DNA of 48,995 nt, the filler included, from Sphacelaria rigidula (lineage: Eukaryota), in assembly GCA_964200075.2 (NCBI GenBank). It is 3 parts of 3 records of this genome, joined end to end, with 100 filler letters (N's around TTAATTAATTAA, not from the genome) between each part and the next. Parts side by side here need not be neighbours in the genome. Positions count along the whole stretch, not along the records: positions 16,369 to 32,633 come from CAXNAA020001418.1; positions 32,734 to 48,995 come from CAXNAA020001419.1; 1 more part is not named here. One strand, given 5' to 3'. Of this stretch, positions 23,895 to 33,916 are shown piece after piece. The notes below the pieces were generated by a model that saw only the letters and a program-made list of their open reading frames with translations, was not told the origin of the DNA and searched no databases. The translations under genes were made by a program, and so were the position numbers. The number at the start of each line of letters is the position of its first letter. The first letter of the stretch is position 1.

Positions 23895-24515
23895 TTTGCC
23901 CGTCGGCGATTCGAATGGGATATTGATACGGACAGCACAGCATTACTACTTCTTCAGACCGACTCTAATGGGAGCCGTTCAGAATTCGTGCTTTACACTA
24001 CCTTGTTGGCCCTTCTCCGTCGTTTTACGCCTGAAAAGAGGGCTAGGCGGATATTGACGTCTTGGAATGACTTGCTTTACTGATTGAGATCGTTCGAGGG
24101 CAACTTTGCATTCCCCGCTGGCCGTACTTTCATTTTTGGCCGTACACGGATTTTCAATGAAAAACGGTCAAGCGATCAAAATACTGAGGGAGATTTTGAG
24201 ATTTTGATCACCTGTCCTCGACCTAGACGTTTTTTACTGAAAATCGTGTTTGGTCTGATTTGGTCAAAAACTCAAGTGCGATTAGTGGGGAATGCAGAGT
24301 TGCGCTGGAATGGTCTCAACGAGTAGAGCAAGTCATCCCAACGCGTCAACATCTGCCTAGCCATCTTTTCGAGCGTAAATCGACGGAGAAGGGCGGCCCA
24401 AAATGCAGTTTTCGATAGGAATTTTGAACAGCTCCCATTAGAGTTGGCCTTATACTCTGTGAGTACAAGGTTGATCATTCGATGCACGTGCGATCCGAAT
24501 CCCCGATGCCGGCTA
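23895..24515. mobile_element. ~620-bp fold-back element (long imperfect palindrome)
   Basis: The arms mirror each other (ACTCTAATGGGAGC / GCTCCCATTAGAGT; GCCCTTCTCCGTCG / CGACGGAGAAGGGC). The ORF track shows ALLRRFTPEKRARRILTSWNDLLY (+) and ALLRRFTLEKMARQMLTRWDDLLY (-). Confidence 0.82.
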
Positions 24516-24671
24516 AATCTACAACTCAGGGATGCATTTCATTCACGTGCATATTTACGACGAATAAAACTCCACAATACATGACAAACGTCCAACTTCG
24601 TGTGACTTTTGGCTCGCAACCGTAACAGACAACACAGACCAAGAACACAGAGATGAACGACAGACACAGAG

Positions 24672-24700
24672 GCAGCAGCAGCAGCAGCAGCAGCAGCAGC
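24672..24700. repeat. (CAG)n microsatellite
   Basis: Direct reading of the sequence. Confidence 0.9.
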
Positions 24701-25048
24701 GCTTTCATGAGGAGGGCAGAAGAAGTTCGGGGGATGTGGGCGCAATAATTGTAGTTTCCTAATTTCGTCTTGCCCGTTGCTTCTTTGACTGTTCGTTCTG
24801 TAACGTATCGGAGACCCATGAAGAAGTCGCTCACGCACCAGCGCGAGTGGGTGTCGATGGCCGCGAGAAAGAGATATCATGTATGTATGATGTTCACTTG
24901 GTTGATTAGATTGATCCATCTTCTCATCATCTCAATACAGTCGTACGAGGAAAAAAACAGTTTCTTCAGTCTTGAAATGACGACCTTCCACGAGGTATCT
25001 CGAACTCGAGATTCCCTGTCTACTTTTCAACTGTTTTGTAGTTGTGAA

Positions 25049-25257
25049 GAGGGAAGGGGCCCGCCAAACCCTTATTGCGATGAAAAGTAAGACAACCGCA
25101 GAAGGGAGGTGGAGTGCTGAAACGAAAGGAAAATAATGAAAACACCGTGTATTGACCTTCCTCCTGTGTAACCCCGGCTGACACGCCCACGACACAAACT
25201 TATACGGAGAAGGTCTAGACTGGCGTCCAGAATACATGGGATGGGAACACACACGCA
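25049..25257 (+). mobile_element. SINE family A, 5'-truncated
   Basis: Matches 31469-31666, including CCTTCCTCCTGTGT(G/A)ACCCCGGCTG and the (CA)n tail. Confidence 0.82.
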
Positions 25258-25538
25258 GAACTCGCAACAAGTCAAACTTGCCAGAAACATAGAGCTTGAG
25301 ATACACTCTAGCCCACAGGCTCTTGCGGAATATTTCGCCTCCGAAAGTGCTTGCATCTCAACGAAATTGTTTCTGTAGAGTATAAATATTTCACAAGTTG
25401 AGATTATTGATGTTGTTCGTTGCCTTGCCGGGGGGTGCCTGCGAATAAGTAGGAAAATCAAATATTTTTCGTAGTTTCTAGACTTCGGGTAGCCGGTCGA
25501 AAGCGCTTATCGCTGCAACTATTTGGGGCACAACGTCA

Positions 25539-25711
25539 TACGGGACTTTTTCTACAAAAAATTGCGGGTGGATTGTTTACAATTAACCTCGGGAAACTTC
25601 TTAGGCATCAAAAATATTTTCGTAACAAAATGCGAAGGTGCTCTCCGGCCGTGATGTGTGGCCTCACTCATCCCCAAAAAACTCCATCCGCGATTTTTGT
25701 AAAATCCCGTG
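25539..25711. mobile_element. Short CACGGGATTTTACA-family MITE
   Basis: TIRs TACGGGACTTTTTCTACAAAAA / TTTTTGTAAAATCCCGTG; shares its terminus with 3739-4177. Confidence 0.75.
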
Positions 25712-25785
25712 TTTATACCAGAACAATTTCGACCTGCGTTCATTCCCGTACATACACTTGTTTCTTTGTCAGAATCCCATGTTGA

Positions 25786-25964
25786 CATGAGATTTAAAAA
25801 AAATTATTGCGGAGGATTTTGTTAGGTCAAACGAGGCCACACATCACGGCCGGACAACGCATTTGCATTTTCGTTTCGGTCATATTTTCATGATTATCAA
25901 GGTTCCCAAGGTTCAACGTTCGTTCTCGAAAAAACAATCCATCAACGATTTGTAAAATCTCGTG
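25786..25964. mobile_element. Second short copy, inverted relative to 25539-25711
   Basis: CATGAGATTTAAAAA / TTTGTAAAATCTCGTG; internal GAGGCCACACATCACGGCCGGA is the reverse complement of TCCGGCCGTGATGTGTGGCCTC in the first copy. Confidence 0.75.
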
Positions 25965-26787
25965 TTGTTTCAGAACTGAATATATCATCTTCCATTTTAA
26001 TTAAGCAGATTACTTGGCAATTTTGTTCCTGTGGTCTCGAACGGCATTTTTTTAATATATTACTCTTATTAGTAGTCAAAACATAGAGTGCAAAACCTAT
26101 GGCAGTACAAGGGAGCACAAAGAGGGTGTTCGTCGGGACATTTGTACGTAGCAATGTATTCTGGAATAAGATATATAGATATTTTGGTGTGCATATGTTT
26201 GTCTTAGTTTGACCATTCAGAAAATTGGGGATCAAGTTTTATTTTCAATCTAGCTCTTTCTCTTTTACCCACGGAACCGCGCGTTGTCGCCGTGACCATC
26301 GGTATGAAAATTACCTTCCTATATGACGTGCCTATTATTCAAACTCCTGTAGTCTCGAGAAGAAAAAAAATGGAAACCAGAAAAAGTATGAGAAAAATAT
26401 ACTGTATGCGAAAAGAAGGACAGAAAGAAACGGTCGTCAGCCCACTTTTCGTCATGGCCACCTGAGACAGTCTTGTCTCGACAAGTGCCTCGCCGTTTCT
26501 TCACTCGGAGAAGATGTCTCCAGAGAGCCATTATGGGCACCGTTGAGACCGATAGATTCCACCACTTCAATTTCAACAACGGGGGTGATGCGAGCTGCAT
26601 CAAAAAAAATCCTCGAAAAAACAGCACGGTTTTCCCCATCCAATCATTTATGTAGAAGACAAATTTCGTCACCAACTGAAGGCTCCCAACACTCCTCCAC
26701 AGGATACATTCCAACAATACTTCATGAGCGAAAATGTATCACACCAACGCATCGTGTATCATGGCACGCCCCCTCTCATCTATCTTG

Positions 26788-28860
26788 TCATCTCAACCGC
26801 TCATCTTCCCCCGCCACATGTACGCCCACTTCTGTGTTCACATCCACTCGACCGTCGGCACCCCCCCCTGCCGCTTCGGCAAGTCGTGCAGCTTCCGAGG
26901 TCAACGATTCGGCGGCCGAAGCTGCCCCAGCGGCGGCGCAAACTTCGCTCGCTTTCTGCAACACCTTGATTAGTTTTCTGCCCGACAACAACGCACCATC
27001 CGCTTCCGCGGAAGAAGACACCCCTGCCCTTTCTTTGACTCGCTCCTCTCCCCTCTCCTTCTTCGCTGCCCCCGCGGCAGTTTCCGTTATTCCGATGGCA
27101 AGCTTTACCGACTCTTCGCCGCCTACAGCCGCGCACGCATCTAGCGCTGCCAAAAACGTCGCGATATCCAGAGGCGGCAACCTTCCTCCTCCGCCACCGC
27201 CGCGGGGGCCAGCACCGCCTCCACCTCCACCAACCGGTCCACCCTCCCACGTGCCATCATCCAACAATCCCACTCCCGTCGAGCCCGCCCTCGTCGCCGT
27301 CGATGATGACGATGACGTGCCAGCCTCTGCTTCCATCTCATGGAAGATTTCGAGGCCGCGCTCAGGCCGCCCGCACGCGGCGGTGGCAGAAATCAGCGTC
27401 GCGTACAGCCTTGAACCGGCGACACCTCGCAGGGAGGGCGACCTCATGGCCTTGGCCGCTATCGGCGCGACTCGATCCCAGAGGCCCAGTCTTCCCGCCG
27501 CTGCAACCTCGTGCGCGAGTCCCGCCGGACTGATGTCGCCACCGCGGCCGGCGCCGCCGAGAGCGGCGCGTGCGGCGTCGGCCTGGGCTAAGACTGCATC
27601 GTATTCGCCGGCGGCGGCCGCCGCGCCCATAATCATCTCGTAGGTGGCGAGACCGGCCGTTTGGCTCTTTAGATTCTTGCGAACTGGGGTCAGGTTCTGA
27701 CGTGTTGAGGATGGAATGGTGGTTACGGGGAGGGAAATGAAAGAGACACGGGCGGGCGGTGTGATCGATTGTCGTGAGTATATCATGAACACAGAGCTTC
27801 CGTGCAGCGGTTTTGTGTTCTGCTGGTTGTTCAACGAAGTGTTCAACGAAGTGTACGACATCAACTCAGCACACGAGAAATAATGTATGCGTCCACTCAC
27901 CCACGTACGGGCGCAGTTGTCGTGAGGGAAAATCCCCAACTTGCAAACGAGCGACAGTCGTTTGGCTTCGTCATTGCGGGTACAGATTGTTCACTCGAAC
28001 CACACCATGCCACATCAATTGTATCTCAACCAGTTCTTGACTGAATCCGATAACAAGCCAATTTCCGCAATGTACCCCAATGCTTGGCCCACAACAGACA
28101 TCCCACGAGCCGTCCGGGGCACGACTGAAACTATATCTGACCCATCACCACCGCCACAACAACAACAACAACAACAACGCCATCACAGACCACCTACCAG
28201 CATTCCGTCGCCACCATTGGTATCTTCACCCTTCCCCACGGAGCGAATCACTGCTGCTACCCCCCCCCGACCCACCCCAAATCAATTGAGTACGCCCCCA
28301 CCCACCCCAATCAATACAACTGTATCTGTGTGTATGTGTGTGTTGTCATCCCATCTATTCTGGACGCCGGTCTACACCTTTCGGTATATCTGGGCGCATC
28401 AGCCGGGGTCACACAGGAGGAAGGTCAACACAGGAGTTTTGTTTTTTATTTTTTTTAGCACACAATCTTCATTCTGCGGTGCTTGCCTTTATTCTTTTAT
28501 CGCGAGAGGGGTTCAGCAGTCCCTTTCCCTCGTCGACCGTCAAGTCGAATTTTTTACAACTACACCACCATAACACCAGCACCCACCTCTAGCCTCCGGA
28601 CAGCACTGACAGCCTCCTCCCACATTCCAGACCTCGCCAGCGCACGAGCAACGATCTCGTAGAGCTCAGCAGGAGGTTGGGAACGGGCCCCCGGCACATC
28701 AGCAGCGCTCCGCTTTTTCCTTCCCCCTTTAGCCGCGGCCTTGGCCTCGGCAACTGCGTTGGCGCATAGTTCCTCCGCGCGGGACAATATCTCCAGTACT
28801 CCTCGCAGCTGACCACTAGAGGCGTAGGCACGGGCGACCAGGACTAGCCCCTCCATGGAG
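26788..28860 (-). CDS. Pentatricopeptide-repeat protein, 3' exons 28587-28860 and 26788-27696
   Basis: PPR-like motifs LYEIVARALARSGMWEEAVSAVRRL, TYEMIMGAAAAAGEYDAVL, LYATLISATAACGRPERGLEIFHEM, DIATFLAALDAC; phase-0 junction GAG|gtgggt...cgtcag|AAC. The 5' exons were not identified. Confidence 0.85.
28328..28556 (-). mobile_element. SINE family A, 5'-truncated, in the PPR intron
   Basis: Reverse complement of 31445-31666. Confidence 0.87.
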
Positions 28861-29665
28861 CTTCGTCGGACACAGGGAGACAAGAAACGAAATCAACAGG
28901 AGCGGGAAACGGGGCACAGGGAAATCAATACCCAGAGGAGGAGGAGCACGACCGCAGACAAACGTGCAGAGACAGGCAAAAGAGACACACACACAAGGGG
29001 AGGGGAAGACAGGGGGCAAAAACATTCGAGAGACGAATGTATTCGTTGATTGGTTCTCATGTCCACAAGCTGGTTGCGGGAAGAAATTCGAAACACAGTC
29101 GAAAGTCATTCTTCACACCATTTCAACGAGTCTAGATATCTCAATTCCAGGGGCAGGTCGAGTAGAGTATACTCAATACTCAGTATTTACCAAAAGTAAA
29201 CGTCCAGAAAACCCGAGAATTAATCTGGTTTTCTCACAGCTAGCCGGAAAACATTGCCCAACGGACTGGGGTCCGAAAAATCTATCCACGGGAGAAAATC
29301 GCTTGCAGACGGGCTAAAATCCTCATGTTTGTAAAGATCGAGATTGGTTGCCATATAAAAGATGGTCTTACATGCGCGGATTTCAGCAACATGAAGTCAC
29401 TGTTTCGTGCAGACACCAGACACGTCATTCCTGACCCGCCTCATCGGTCGTTATGGAAGTCCGGTCCCAGAAGGGTTATAACCCACGTCGTTTTTTGGGG
29501 GTGTACCCATGATCTTGCATACCATAGTATTTTGGGGGGGAATCGGTCATCACGGTAAATTCACCGCGATGATCACCCACCCGTAGTAATTTCACTGCGG
29601 CATTACGCCACCACAGGAACGGCACTGTAATATACGATATACTGATAATGTTATTGTATACTGTT

Positions 29666-29814
29666 CACACCCTGGACAAAAGACTGCATTGTCGAACAGT
29701 GTACTGCGTTACAGTATCGGTTATGACTATTGCATCCATTGCAAATAGACAATACACTGCATACTCTACGCAATACACTTTTTTCTTACAATGTTGTCTT
29801 TTGTCCAAAGTGTG
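29666..29814. mobile_element. CACACCCTGGA-family MITE
   Basis: TIRs CACACCCTGGACAAAAGAC / GTCTTTTGTCCAAAGTGTG. Confidence 0.8.
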
Positions 29815-29818
29815 ATAA

Positions 29819-29844
29819 ATATATATATATATATATATATATAT
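29819..29844. repeat. (AT)n microsatellite
   Basis: Direct reading of the sequence. Confidence 0.95.
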
Positions 29845-30937
29845 TCTCGCTCCAGCGTGTGTGTTGTGTGGCGACGTGAGCAGTACGTTCACAAGAGACC
29901 CAACTTCGAAAAATCGCTATGTGCAATCAATCCAAATATAAAAGCTAGTCTCCAGATCACACGCCGAAATTCGCGGCCACCAGGACGACGATGACGACGA
30001 CGCCGACGACGACGCCGACGACGCCGACCAAAAGCAGCAACAGCTACTACGCCCGTCGATATCGACTACTTCCCACCACCAGAACAAACCCGCCCAAAAA
30101 AATAACCCACCTCCCTCTTGGAACCTCCGGTGTTGTACGGCATCATACTTTACATCGACACACAAGTACTTGATAACTTAGGGTTAGGGTTGGGGTAAAA
30201 AGGGAGAAGAGTTTGGAGACGGAGAAGATACAGTGGGATGCCTTGTATCGCGCCGGTGCATGCCAAGCAATCTCACGGGCAGTATTGCGACAGCCGGCAC
30301 AGGTACTACTAATACTAACCCTTTTGGAACCGTTGATGGAAAAATGACGATTTACGATTGACGTTTTCTTGGGTAAGACATGGTCATTTTTCTGCAAGTG
30401 TTGACGATGCAGCCCACCAAAACGATGCACCACTCTAATTTCAAGTGCACTAATATGACAGATTCGTGCATCGGACTCGAAGTGACGTTCTCCCGGTGAC
30501 GAAAGCTCGCATATCAGAGTTTGTACTGTTTTTCGCGAGTTCCAAAACGGTTGACATACACACATAGATATGTTTATACTCGATCTGTGCCGAGCGATTC
30601 CACCGGTACTATACCGGCAACCGGTACTACATAGGGCACCTTACTGGACATTGTAGATGGATAAGAAATATGTTCCAAGAAAGAAAATACAACAAAAACG
30701 AACATGTCCGGGGTTGGAACCCGTGGTATTATTCATCGCTGACGCGTTTACCTCCGTCAAAAGGCCTACAGAGGCACATTGCTTGACTACAAAATATGAC
30801 CTGAGCTGCATTTCTATACGGGAGTTTGGTGATTTTTATTATTTGCTTTTGGGGGTGATCGTTGCCGCGGTACCGATAAATCGCGAGGAATGGCGGTATT
30901 TATTTCCCTGGTAACTTTCGCCGTGGGATTGGGATAA

Positions 30938-31065
30938 TATAGAGTTTCGGAGAAAAAAAACTGAGCCGAAGACTCAGGGATAATCTGCGTCTTCTTCCTG
31001 AATTAAATTAAACGATAATTATCACTGAGTTTTTCTGGCCTAGTTTTGTTTTCCGAAACTCTCTA
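30938..31065. mobile_element. Small palindromic MITE
   Basis: TATAGAGTTTCGGAGAAAAAAAACT...ACTCAGGGATAAT mirrored by ATTATCACTGAGT...AGTTTTGTTTTCCGAAACTCTCTA. Confidence 0.7.
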
Positions 31066-31177
31066 ATGTGTTTCCCTTGGGATGGGAACGACAGTTCCAA
31101 TTCATCACGGCAAGAGCTTGTGCGGGAACGGCATGTCCAATTATCACGGTAACGTCAAAAATTACCGTACGAGTGAA

Positions 31178-31684
31178 CACACCCTGAACAATAGATTACA
31201 CTTGTTAAAAAGGTGTACTGCGTACAGTATGAAATCTATTGTCGATTGCAATAGACGCAACAGTCGATACTGTACGCAGTACATTTTTTTACAACCACAT
31301 CTTCGTCGGTCGCCCCGGTGGCTCAGTTGGTAACCTCGAAACCTTCTGACGGTTGGCTCGTGGGTTCGAATCTCGGAGTGATATGCGATATTTTTCGCAC
31401 GCCATGCATGCCCAACAGTGAAGAGCGACCATGTCGTGGGTACACAAAATTCGACTTAATGGTCGATGAGGGAAAGGGACTCCTATACCCCTCTCGCGAT
31501 AAAAAATAAAGGCAAGAACAGCAGAAGGAAGGTGGAGAACTAAAACAAACAAGCAAATAAACTCCTGGGTTGGCCTTCCTCCTGTGTGACCCCGGCTGGT
31601 GCGCCCACACATACCGAAAGGTGTAGAACGGCGTCCAGAATAGATGGGACGACAACACACACACAATATATTATCCAGGGTATG
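31178..31684. mobile_element. CACACCCTGGA-family MITE interrupted by a SINE
   Basis: Left TIR CACACCCTGAACAATAG at 31178. The palindrome breaks at 31294 and resumes as TATATTATCCAGGGTATG at 31667-31684. Confidence 0.75.
31295..31666 (+). mobile_element. Full-length tRNA-derived SINE, family A
   Basis: Pol III A box TGGCTCAGTTGG and B box GGTTCGAATCT in the head (31312-31375), a non-tRNA body and a (CA)n tail. Three 5'-truncated copies occur elsewhere in the window. Confidence 0.88.
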
Positions 31685-31864
31685 GAGTGAACACACCTCG
31701 GATAAGGTACCGAGAAGGGCCCTGAAAAAACGGTGATATCGAGCGCACTCGGGAAAACATGGACACGCGATTATGGCGACCTCGAACACTGCGCATGGGT
31801 AGAAACATGTTCATTTTAATACTCTCGACACTCCCGAACAACTAGAGCATAGTAAAAAAAAGTT

Positions 31865-32040
31865 CACGCCCTGGATAACATGTGGGAATAGAAAAAAAAT
31901 GCCTTGCGCGAAGTATAGGCCTATTTCAACTACCGTCCATAAGCATAGGTCTATTGCAACTATTGTGGGACCGATTGTCGGCCCGACAATAGTTTGCAAT
32001 AGGCCTATACTTTTCGCAGTACAATCATGTTCTCGATTGT
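31865..32040. mobile_element. Partial CACACCCTGGA-family MITE
   Basis: CACGCCCTGGATAAC start and internal TTGCAATAGGCCTATACTTT shared with 40970-41151. Confidence 0.65.
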
Positions 32041-32056
32041 AACTATCGACCGCGAA

Positions 32057-32245
32057 GGACCTCTCTTAGCACATGAGTTTTCTATCGAAATTGTGCAGTG
32101 GAAAACAAAAATCCCGATCTGATAGGCTGTGATTTCAACCATCTTCAAAATTTTCGACGATGGTTGAAATTACGGCCTATCAGATCGAGATTTTTGTTTT
32201 CCACCGCATATTTTCGATAGAAAACTCATGTGCTAAGACAGGGCC
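32057..32245. mobile_element. Near-perfect ~190-bp palindromic MITE (GGCC terminus, Harbinger/Tourist-like)
   Basis: GGACCTCTCTTAGCACATGAGTTTTCTATCGAAA / TTTCGATAGAAAACTCATGTGCTAAGACAGGGCC. The superfamily is inferred from the terminus only. Confidence 0.8.
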
Positions 32246-32575
32246 TTGTTGTCCCTGGTGTAGCACATCTCACATTTCACGGTATATAAAGTTTCTCCGT
32301 CGCGGCGCCCACACACCGTTCATCAAAACGGCGTACCTCTCATAGGTACCTTTGATATACAGACAACATCCGACACAAGCTCATGTTAACGACGAAAGCC
32401 ACCTGTCAATAGCCTTGGCCTCCATGTAGGCGTGAAGGGAGAGCGTCTGGTCCCACTTCTTGGCGGCATTGCACGCAGCCATCGCATACGCTATAGCCCT
32501 GCCGTTAGGCTAAATCAGCGGTCCCCCAGTTCGGTCGTGGACGGGGAGCGCGAGCGGGGGAAGCGGGGGCGAACA

Positions 32576-32633
32576 GGGGGGCGTACTCATTTGTTGCTTG
32601 CCTTAGTCGTTTGACCATTGACCACGCATCCCT
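32576..32633. repeat. Family C repeat at contig end
   Basis: Near-identical to 16200-16259; the contig breaks inside it. Confidence 0.88.
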
Positions 32634-32733
32634 NNNNNNNNNNNNNNNNNNNNNNNNNNNNNNNNNNNNNNNNNNNNTTAATTAATTAANNNNNNNNNNN
32701 NNNNNNNNNNNNNNNNNNNNNNNNNNNNNNNNN
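32634..32733. other. Artificial contig spacer N44-TTAATTAATTAA-N44
   Basis: Identical to the first spacer. Confidence 0.98.
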
Positions 32734-33850
32734 CGAAAACCCGACGTGCTCTGTCCCGGCATTGTAGGGATGCAAGGTCAATGGTCTTATGACTATGGCA
32801 TACATGATCATGAGTACACTTGGTGTAGACGGGATTCCGACAGGGGAAGATCCCGAAAGGCAAGGGGTGCGCAAAATGCAACAAGAAGAAAAAATGGACA
32901 AACAAGATACGTACACAGGAATGGACAGGAAACAAATGAAAAAAGGACGTGAAATTGGTTTGATGGGTATAGATTTTGCAGGAGAGGACACGGCACCCCT
33001 GCGCGCTATATACACAATGCCCTACGTGTTTACCCTCATTCACGCTGTCCACCATGGAAGGACGGCGGCACCCCACGTTCGCTTGAACAAGTGAGCAAGC
33101 AGTGCACAAAAGCACCAAGACAAATCAGGAGTTGAACTAATTGATGACGGGTCTCCAACGAGTACATGTCCAAAAGTGAAACCGACACGTACGCCCTAGC
33201 GTAGTTAATCGAAATAGAAAACGAACCAATGGCTAGCTCAGGATTTGTTCGGCAGATGTTGAAAAACATAAACTATGCTCTTTGCTTTTGTTATTCTAGT
33301 TTGTTTTAGAGTACCTACGGATACATAGGCGTGAAACGACTATATATTTCGTGTGCACCCCCGGGTCTCCTATTGAGAGGCACGTCAAAAACGGCAACGC
33401 GGCAAGCTTATCCACACTGCCTCACCGCGGAAAGGCGTCTGCCAAAGTAGCCACGAATCGCCCACGGAATACTGCTTCAGCCCGCGGAACGGCCGACAGA
33501 GAGCTTGAGACCGAGCAAGTGCATTCCAGTGCAGAGGGAGGCGGGGAGGTGAGGGTAATGTCAAGGCAACTGCATGGTTGGGAGAGAGCACTGTAGCAAA
33601 CAACACAAAACAATGATTTGGGTATGCACACCCAAAACATGTATTAGGTAACGCTAGCCCCAACCCCAGTCGGGCAAAGCGTGAATACGTCAGAGTGAGA
33701 TATTCACGTCAATCCCATGTACGTATTTTGGGCTCAGTCGTATCACTCGTGTGTTTGTTAAAAGTACATTGATCAAAAGTGCAATAAATCTCGATTCCTC
33801 AGCGACTGACGAAACCGTCTACATGAAAAACTCGGGAGGGGGGGGGGAGG

Positions 33851-33916
33851 AGGGGGGGCATACTCATTTGTTGCTTGTCTTAGTCATTTCGTCATACACC
33901 ACGAATCCCTTTCGAG
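33851..33916. repeat. Family C repeat, decayed
   Basis: GGGGGGGCATACTCATTTGTTGCTTGTCTTAGTC...ACCACGAATCCCTTTCGAG. Confidence 0.8.

Noticed and set aside
29917..30165. Possible 5' exon of the PPR gene (S-rich)
   Set aside because: It is driven by a GAC repeat, and no start codon or phase-2 donor could be assigned with confidence.
31312..31385. tRNA gene
   Set aside because: A and B boxes are present but there is no convincing acceptor stem, and the sequence continues into a multi-copy SINE body.
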